Below are positions 57,856 to 64,000 of a stretch of DNA of 64,000 bases, piece after piece. This stretch comes from a virus. The DNA is taken from positions 1 through 64,000 of IMG/VR virus record IMGVR_UViG_3300021180_000006. One strand, 5' to 3'. A program made the translations under genes and the position numbers. The first letter of the stretch is position 1, and the number at the start of each line of letters is the position of its first letter. The notes under the pieces are model-generated. The model searched no databases. It saw nothing but the letters and a program-made list of their open reading frames with translations, and was not told the DNA's origin.

Positions 57856-58613
57856 AGTGCCGCCTCGACGCAGCTCCTGAAAGTCAATTCGCTCGTGAGT
57901 CGCCGGTAGTTCGTCTCCCCATCCCCGTTCTGCATCGCCTCTTTCAACCGCTCCAGGGGATAAACATCGTAGGGATAAAAGTCGTGACAGAACTCCGACA
58001 CCAGCGGCAGTTTCCAGCAGGAGAACAGCGTAAATCTCAGAGGTTCCAGCAGAAACAAATTATCTTGATGGAGGCACAATCCCACCCGTGAAGTCGCAAG
58101 CTGCTCGTCGCGTTCTTTGCCCCAGCAGGCGTTGCCGATGACGATCCCGGCGCGCTGGAGTTCCTGCACGATATGGTCGCGGCGGCCGTAGATGTAGGCT
58201 TGATGGGTGGCGTCGTATTGGAACGTGCTCGAGCGCTCGCCGCCCAGCCCCGCATGACCGCCCATGGGGACGTAGCGGACTCTGGGATTGTCCTTGAACT
58301 GTCCCGCCAGCCAGCGGTCGCTGATCCATACCTCGTCGAATTTCTCGGGGATGAAACCCGCCAGTCCGTTGATGGGCCGCTCCAGCATCCAGGCGATCAT
58401 GCGGCAGCGCTTGACGCGCCGGGCCGCCGCCACTGCCAGCGCGTTTCCATTCGTCGGAGCCAGGACATAAACCGTCGGGTCCGGAGGGAAGTGATTGATC
58501 TCCGACATTTCGCAGCGGGGAAAGCCCGACAGGTCGATCAGCTTGTGGTAATCCGAATAGCTGTCATACGTCTTACCCTCGTCGTTGCGGAGTGTGACAA
58601 AGCGGATGTTCAT
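57843..58613 (-). CDS. putative GT-B glycosyltransferase-like protein
   Basis: FDEVW, WGKERDEQLATSRVGLCLHQ...EPLRF...LVSE. Confidence 0.55.
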   Translation of the reverse strand: MNIRFVTLRNDEGKTYDSYSDYHKLIDLSGFPRCEMSEINHFPPDPTVYVLAPTNGNALAVAAARRVKRCRMIAWMLERPINGLAGFIPEKFDEVWISDRWLAGQFKDNPRVRYVPMGGHAGLGGERSSTFQYDATHQAYIYGRRDHIVQELQRAGIVIGNACWGKERDEQLATSRVGLCLHQDNLFLLEPLRFTLFSCWKLPLVSEFCHDFYPYDVYPLERLKEAMQNGDGETNYRRLTSELTFRSCVEAALCQP

Positions 58614-58627
58614 CGGAGTCACTCCCC

Positions 58628-58957
58628 TCATTTGCAGTGTGACAGCACGGACGCCGCTTGTTTCTGAGTCAGGACTTTGCGCTTGAACGCCTTGAGGGCT
58701 TCTTCATTCGTGTCGTAGAAGGACCGGGCCAGGAGCAGATTGTAAGCCTCTTTCTTGTGCTCCAGGGACAGCGGGCGACCGGCCATGTACTCGGTATAAG
58801 CCTTGGCGATCAACTCCCACACATAGATTTCCCCATCGACGCCAAACAGGTCTTTTTTGAAATTGGCGATCACCTGCTCATCGGTGAATCCGTCCACTTC
58901 CGCGAGCTTGGCGTGGAATTGTTTGATGCGGTCTATTTGCGAAACGGTGAGGCTCAT
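58628..58957 (-). CDS. hypothetical protein
   Basis: Coupled ORF in the cluster. Confidence 0.55.
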   Translation of the reverse strand: MSLTVSQIDRIKQFHAKLAEVDGFTDEQVIANFKKDLFGVDGEIYVWELIAKAYTEYMAGRPLSLEHKKEAYNLLLARSFYDTNEEALKAFKRKVLTQKQAASVLSHCK

Positions 58958-59487
58958 TGCTTCTCCGGCCAGCGCATCCACGGATGAAGATAAGTCACGA
59001 TCCCCTCTTTCACCATCTCGTCGATCGCCTTGTGGCAGCCGGCGCAGTAACGGTAGTCATCCACCAGCGCCATGGCGCCCGGGAGCATGCGCTTGGCCAG
59101 CCATTCACAGACGAAGCGGTAGGAGGAATACCAGTCGCAATCGAGATACACGAACGCGAACTTCACCTCAGGGTCGAACTCCGGCAGCGTCTTCTGGAAC
59201 GTCCCTTTGACGCAGATGACGTTGTGATACTCGGCCAGGTGCTCGATCACATGATCGCTCCTGAACTGGCCCGGTGGATTGTCCTGATCCAGCCAGGGAT
59301 CATAAGGGGCGTCATACGGCATGCCCTCGAAGGTGTCGAAGGCGTAGACCGTCCGTCCATAGCCAGCGAGCTGCACCGTCGAGCCGCCTTCAAACACGCC
59401 GAATTCCGCGATCGGTCCCGGCGGCACCTTGGGGATCATCTGCGAGAAATCCGCTGAGTGGGAAATGATCGGCGCGGGGGTGTACAT
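58954..59487 (-). CDS. TylF/MycF-family O-methyltransferase
   Basis: EFGVFEGGS, FDTFEGMP, YLDCDWY, VDDY. Confidence 0.88.
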   Translation of the reverse strand: MYTPAPIISHSADFSQMIPKVPPGPIAEFGVFEGGSTVQLAGYGRTVYAFDTFEGMPYDAPYDPWLDQDNPPGQFRSDHVIEHLAEYHNVICVKGTFQKTLPEFDPEVKFAFVYLDCDWYSSYRFVCEWLAKRMLPGAMALVDDYRYCAGCHKAIDEMVKEGIVTYLHPWMRWPEKQ

Positions 59488-59543
59488 GGAGGAAAGAGAG
59501 AGGGGGAGTGGGTGAGGGGGAGAGGGGGGTGACGGGGGAAAGC

Positions 59544-60281
59544 CTAGCTTTGCTTTTCTCCCACTCGCCCACTCGCCCCCTCTCCCCCTCCTCCCGCCTC
59601 CGGCCGCAACGGCTCAAACCCCTCGGGCAGCGCGACATCCGGCGGCGGGGGCAATTCCCGCTCGACTTTCCTGCCCAGGTTCTCCCACTGCCGCTGGAAG
59701 TGATAGGCGTAGGAGCCGATCCGCGCGAAGCGGCAGCCCTCGTTGAAGACCTTCACCTTGAAATCGGCGTCGTTGTCGTGCGGGAACGGGATCTTGTCGG
59801 GCAGCCCGCCCTTCTCGAGAAACCAGCTTTTGCGGAAGGCCGAGGGGCTGTACCAGCCGAAAATGTCCAGCTCGATCGAGGACCGGCCGGCGTTGTCGAC
59901 GGCGCAGAAGTGCTCGAAGCCGGGGCGATCGAAACTCGTGGCGGTGCGGCCGAAGTTGGCCCCGATGTTCGAGCCCGCCACCCCGATGGCGCCGCACTCG
60001 ACCAGTCGCAGACAGAGCCAGTCGGCATCGTTGATGTGCCGGCGGATATTCTCGTCCCAGCCGGGGGCATAGACGATATCGGAGTTGTCCCAGAGGAGAA
60101 TGTCGTACTTAGCGCGTTTGGCCAGCCAGTTCCATGCCGGATAAACATCATCGGGCGTGGTGCCCACGACGTAGAGCAACTGGTAGGGACAGCAGGTATT
60201 GTCCGCCAGCATCTGGCGTTTGAGTTCCAGGCAGGCGTTGTTCTCCGGGCTGTCGTGATGGGGGAAGATCAGGGAGATCAT
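59544..60281 (-). CDS. GT2-like glycosyltransferase
   Basis: WNWLAKRAKYDILLWDNSDIV...GWD; DNDADF; AYHFQ. Confidence 0.7.
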   Translation of the reverse strand: MISLIFPHHDSPENNACLELKRQMLADNTCCPYQLLYVVGTTPDDVYPAWNWLAKRAKYDILLWDNSDIVYAPGWDENIRRHINDADWLCLRLVECGAIGVAGSNIGANFGRTATSFDRPGFEHFCAVDNAGRSSIELDIFGWYSPSAFRKSWFLEKGGLPDKIPFPHDNDADFKVKVFNEGCRFARIGSYAYHFQRQWENLGRKVERELPPPPDVALPEGFEPLRPEAGGGGEGASGRVGEKQS

Positions 60282-60307
60282 TGTAATAATGGCGATAGGA
60301 GATCGGC

Positions 60308-60784
60308 ATGGTCACAACAGTTACAACGCGAAATCACATCCCGGGCGATTTGGTGGAAGACAAAACCGTGGAAGATCAAGAAGTACTGTTGGATGTCGAT
60401 GACATCACGAACGTCCACTTCATCGCAAGCATGAGCGGTGCCTACTGGCTTTCGGAGATGCGCAACGGGCAGAAATATCTAATCGTGCCCGATGCCGACA
60501 ATCACATTCTCCGGAAAGCGGTGCGAAAATTCATGTCCGATCTGATGATTATGGAGGCCGTCGCGCAAAAAGTTGGCTTCTACCACGTTCGCCAGGATGG
60601 CATACGATTCACCGGTTGCTTCTGGAGAAAAGACATTGAGCGCCATGACCAACCAAAGGAACTGCCAGCACTTCCGCAATCTGCCTTCGATAAAATCAGA
60701 GACGTTGGGCTCGATGAGGCGTGGCCTGAAATCGAGCCACTCGTTGTCGGCTGGAGGGCCAAGCAACTTCCCGAACGCCCATGA
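60308..60784 (+). CDS. hypothetical protein (moron)
   Basis: AGGAG RBS; antisense insert. Confidence 0.6.
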   Translation: MVTTVTTRNHIPGDLVEDKTVEDQEVLLDVDDITNVHFIASMSGAYWLSEMRNGQKYLIVPDADNHILRKAVRKFMSDLMIMEAVAQKVGFYHVRQDGIRFTGCFWRKDIERHDQPKELPALPQSAFDKIRDVGLDEAWPEIEPLVVGWRAKQLPERP

Positions 60785-60786
60785 AC

Positions 60787-61377
60787 CTACAGAATCAGCA
60801 CTCCGATTCCGCAGCCCGTGTTCGGATCGTCGTGAATGAACTCGATCGTCTTGCCGGGATTCTCCTGTTTCAACTCGTTCCAGTGCTCCGCCGCGCCGTC
60901 GCACATGCGCAGGCCGCAGATGTCATGGAAGGCGATCAGCTTCGGGAGGAGCATCAGGGCGTTGCGGTAATCGCTTTCGATCGAGCGGTAGGAATGATCG
61001 GCGTCGATCCATACCAGATCGGCCTGGCTCACGGTCGAGTTCATGAACAGCCGGAAATTCACCGACTGGCTGTCGCCGATGAACAGGCGGATGCCCTCAC
61101 CTTTGCCGAAGCCTGGTGCGATTCCGGTAGGAGCGCGGAGGTCGGCGCCGAAGCATTCCCAGGCGAAGGTGTCGTGGAAGAACTGGATCAATCCCCCGGT
61201 GGAGACGCCGATTTCCAGGTAGCGCTTGATCCCGCGGCCTTCCACCCATTGGCAGAAGTTGGCCAGTTCAAGGGGATTCTGCTCGATGGTGTACGGTCCG
61301 GGGAAGGCCGGGTCGATCGCCGGGAGGATTCCGCGGGCGGTGATTTCGGAGAAGTAGTCCAGGATCGGCTCGACTAT
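60787..61377 (-). CDS. class I SAM methyltransferase (Methyltransf_24-like) with non-canonical 5' end
   Basis: LEIGVSTGG, IDADHSY, AFHDI; frame open upstream to ATA at 61377. Confidence 0.75.
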   Translation of the reverse strand: MVEPILDYFSEITARGILPAIDPAFPGPYTIEQNPLELANFCQWVEGRGIKRYLEIGVSTGGLIQFFHDTFAWECFGADLRAPTGIAPGFGKGEGIRLFIGDSQSVNFRLFMNSTVSQADLVWIDADHSYRSIESDYRNALMLLPKLIAFHDICGLRMCDGAAEHWNELKQENPGKTIEFIHDDPNTGCGIGVLIL

Positions 61378-61973
61378 GAAAGCCGGTTTCGTTCCAAAAA
61401 AACCCCGTAGGGACTGCGAAGTATCCTTCGTCGGGCGGTCTCCATCATCTTTGGGTCGCTATTGAACATCTCGTTGAAGTTGTCGCCTTCAACAGCTTCG
61501 GCAGCGTGCACGCAGACGACGAATCTTTCCCCTCCAGCAGCGGTTCCCCAGATGCTGTCGTAGTTCGCGCCATCGGCCAGGATGGATGTCGCCAGATCGC
61601 AGGCCAACTCGTCTCGGGCCAACTCCGACGCCGATGGGACATACATGCCGTTGCCGTTTTCGTAGAACGCCTGATCTGGAGCACCGGCGGCGCGGTGTTT
61701 GGCGATGCGATCCTTCAAGGTTTGGTCGCCCCATGCGCCCAGCCGCATGGTGCGCTCGGCCTGCTCATTAAGCCATATTCCACGGCGATTAAGCCATGTT
61801 GCACGGCGGACCAATTGAATCTGGAACAGAATGATGCCGAGGTATAAGAAATCACGCCAAGGCCACCATCCCTGCGGCCAAACGACGAGATACACGGCGC
61901 ACAGAAGCAATCCAGGCCATAGTGCGGGCTTTGGTTTCAGCGTGTAATGCAGTTTGGCAAGCGGTTCGCTCAT
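61374..61973 (-). CDS. membrane protein (2 TM)
   Basis: Two hydrophobic segments near the N-terminus. Confidence 0.55.
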   Translation of the reverse strand: MSEPLAKLHYTLKPKPALWPGLLLCAVYLVVWPQGWWPWRDFLYLGIILFQIQLVRRATWLNRRGIWLNEQAERTMRLGAWGDQTLKDRIAKHRAAGAPDQAFYENGNGMYVPSASELARDELACDLATSILADGANYDSIWGTAAGGERFVVCVHAAEAVEGDNFNEMFNSDPKMMETARRRILRSPYGVFLERNRLS

Positions 61974-62575
61974 CGCCGATAAACAGCATATCCGCAGTCG
62001 CTGGGCGGCTCGAAGAAGATTTCATCCGGCTCGCCCAGCACCTTCTGACATTCGGCGGCCACGGTTTCCTGGCAGGTGCGATGGCAGTAATCGTGCACGA
62101 TGACGGTGCCCCCCTTGGCCACCGGGAAATTCCGCAGCACGTGCTCGGTCGAGCCCCAGGTGTGCGGTCCGTCCTCCAGGAGCAGATCGATCGGGCCGCC
62201 GGCGAAGCGCTCGATCGACGGGCCATCGAGGCTGAACAGATCGACGTTGATGAAGTCGATGAACTGGCGCAGCTCCGGCGGGATCATCTGGCCGGTATCG
62301 GCGTTGTTGTCGATGGAGAAGACTCGACCGAATTGGTTGTGCTGACAGCCCAGGGCCAGGTGCGAGGTCGAGCAGCCGAACAGACGGCCCACTTCCACGA
62401 TCACCTTGGGGCGCTTCTGCCGCACGGTGTTGTAGAGATAGACGCCCTCGTTCTCGAAACAGGAGCCGCAGGGCCAGTAGGACGGCACCGGGGAACCATC
62501 GCCCAGGTAGCCGCCAAGTCGATCGACCAGGCCGTCGAGCTTGAGTAATTCGCTGCGCGCTTCATCGGGCGTCAT
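61970..62575 (-). CDS. class I SAM methyltransferase (Methyltransf_24-like)
   Basis: VEVGRLFGCST, IDLLLEDGPHT, IVHDY. Confidence 0.82.
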   Translation of the reverse strand: MTPDEARSELLKLDGLVDRLGGYLGDGSPVPSYWPCGSCFENEGVYLYNTVRQKRPKVIVEVGRLFGCSTSHLALGCQHNQFGRVFSIDNNADTGQMIPPELRQFIDFINVDLFSLDGPSIERFAGGPIDLLLEDGPHTWGSTEHVLRNFPVAKGGTVIVHDYCHRTCQETVAAECQKVLGEPDEIFFEPPSDCGYAVYRR

Positions 62576-63657
62576 GATCGATCCCGGTAGCTTTCCATGA
62601 ACGAGAGAATCTGTTTCATCCGCGCGTCCCAGGAATGATTGTGGTGCACGTGCCGGCAGCCGGCTTCGGCGATCTTCCGCCGCTCGTCATCATGCTCCAG
62701 ATAGTAGTCGATCTGCTGGCAGAGGTGATCGAAGTCATGCGGCTTCCACGTCGCCAGGTGCTCGCCGTCCGTGTATTCATCCTCCATCTTGGGCCAGACG
62801 TTGGAGATCATAAACGCGCCCGAGCCCATGCCGCGGAGAATGCGGTCGCTGCTGAAACCGGGCACGTCGTCAAAATGATTGTGATTCAATGCAATTTTGC
62901 AGCTTCGATAGGCGGCCGCTTCTTCCTCTTCCAGGAGAAACGGATTGTCCGGACCCCACCCGGTGCCAAAGACAGCGAAGCGCTCGCCATAGCGCTGCCT
63001 CAGATGGGCGACCATCATCTGCCGCTCGTGCGAGCGCGGGAAAACCGAGCCGTAATTTGTGCCGGCAAAGATCACCGGCGGAATCTCCGCCAGCGTCGGC
63101 ATCACGTCTGGCACGCGCACGTGGTTCTGGTACGCCTGCTCGATCGCGGTCTTGCGCAGCCGGCGGTTGACCCGATCGCGCAGTTCGCCCTCCAGCCGCG
63201 GTCCATCAGGGCAGAAGGTGTCGGTCGAGAACCCGATATTCAAAAACTCGGCCGGATGGCCTTTGGCCCGAAGGTTCTCCACGTCGCGAAGGTTGGAGAA
63301 ACAGTTCAGATCGACGTGACCGGCGACTTCCCATACCCACGTCCGCGTGTCGTTGCGCAGATCGCCGCACCACTGCATCACCCAGGCACCGGTCGAGCGT
63401 GCTTCATCCAAGAGCCGGCCGGGGAGAATCCCTTCGTCCTGTATCTGGCAGAAGACCAGATCGGGCTTGAAGGATCGCACCAGGCCGATAAACCCCTCGC
63501 GGATGGCCGGCCGATCGTTGTCGCGCAGGGGGAACCAGTTGAGTTCCTGGTAGTTCTCCCGCCCCCCCTGCCCGCCGCCCGACAGCTTCTCCAGGGCACG
63601 GCGCAGTCCCCACTGTGGGCTGGTGGGGGTGATGAGGGCGAAGTGGAGGACTTTCAT
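62572..63657 (-). CDS. CgeB-family (Glyco_trans_1_2) glycosyltransferase
   Basis: FKPDLVF, KIALN...SDR...GSGAFMIS, YYLEHDDERRKIAEAG...HSWDAR. Confidence 0.85.
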   Translation of the reverse strand: MKVLHFALITPTSPQWGLRRALEKLSGGGQGGRENYQELNWFPLRDNDRPAIREGFIGLVRSFKPDLVFCQIQDEGILPGRLLDEARSTGAWVMQWCGDLRNDTRTWVWEVAGHVDLNCFSNLRDVENLRAKGHPAEFLNIGFSTDTFCPDGPRLEGELRDRVNRRLRKTAIEQAYQNHVRVPDVMPTLAEIPPVIFAGTNYGSVFPRSHERQMMVAHLRQRYGERFAVFGTGWGPDNPFLLEEEEAAAYRSCKIALNHNHFDDVPGFSSDRILRGMGSGAFMISNVWPKMEDEYTDGEHLATWKPHDFDHLCQQIDYYLEHDDERRKIAEAGCRHVHHNHSWDARMKQILSFMESYRDRS

Positions 63658-63668
63658 TGGAAGCAAGA

Positions 63669-63920
63669 TCAGTGCGCGAAACGTTCAAAAGTAATCGCGC
63701 CAGTCGTATGAAAACGCAGGATGATGTAGATGATCGGGGCGAGTTTGGCCGGATCATCGAGCTGGCAATAGTCGGGCAGTCCGGCGCCGGAAAGTTCCAG
63801 GATCGCCAGGTCGCCGTCGCAGACGCACAATCGCGCCTTCACGCCAGCGGGCAAACAAAGCAATTCGGCCCAGCGCTCGGCCGTCATCTCTTTAACCAGA
63901 TGAGGCGACAGGTTCATCAT
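63669..63920 (-). CDS. hypothetical protein
   Basis: 83 aa ORF upstream of the GT cluster. Confidence 0.45.
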   Translation of the reverse strand: MMNLSPHLVKEMTAERWAELLCLPAGVKARLCVCDGDLAILELSGAGLPDYCQLDDPAKLAPIIYIILRFHTTGAITFERFAH

Positions 63921-64000
63921 TTGCAGACTGACGCGGGTGATCGCTCGCTTGTTTACCCTCGGACCAAGGTCGTTCAGGAAATCCGTTCGGGCCGAAGAAG

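Larger units (their letters stand above)
1..64000. mobile_element. Temperate tailed phage / prophage-like element (partial), apparently in excised (attP) configuration
   Basis: Integrase with tRNA 3'-half core, replication initiator + DnaC-like loader, tail tube, tail chaperone, tape measure and dense short phage-type ORFs; no host housekeeping operons. Confidence 0.92.

Noticed and set aside
55664-63657. Host capsule/LPS locus marking the prophage boundary
   Set aside because: The genes are contiguous and co-oriented with head-tail genes, interspersed with phage-type small ORFs, and lack wzx/wzy/ABC export or nucleotide-sugar synthesis genes

Overview
The whole 64 kb window looks like part of one GC-rich temperate tailed phage (siphovirus-like). 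The host is probably a planctomycete, inferred from the prepilin-type moron, CsrA and the 7-8 bp intergenic repeats. From left to right: (i) 1-10 kb, small accessory genes, a permuted papain-like peptidase, an ASCH protein and a ParA + RHH partition cassette; (ii) 10.4-13.7 kb, an RHH-type regulatory switch, an excisionase-like gene, a tyrosine integrase and an attP-like site carrying the 3' half of tRNA-Phe with arm-type repeats on both sides; (iii) 13.9-32.2 kb, a + strand early/middle operon (DUF6166, HNH, C5 DNA methyltransferase, DnaA C-terminal HTH, a second frameshifted tyrosine recombinase, Gp37Gp68, a Gly-Gly-terminated protein with a coupled Cys-containing partner, replication initiator with iterons, DnaC-like loader, CsrA); (iv) 32.3-64 kb, a - strand late region (head-tail joining, a tail terminator fused to NHL/Ig domains, tail tube, tail chaperone with a -1 frameshift, gpZ-like, tape measure, tail-tip genes). 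The late region is bracketed by two glycosyltransferase/methyltransferase clusters and interrupted by + strand morons (pilin-like, anti-TRAP-like, a 7x Zn-repeat protein). No terminase, full portal or major capsid gene was recognised in the window. All protein family calls come from reading motifs by eye; no database searches were run.
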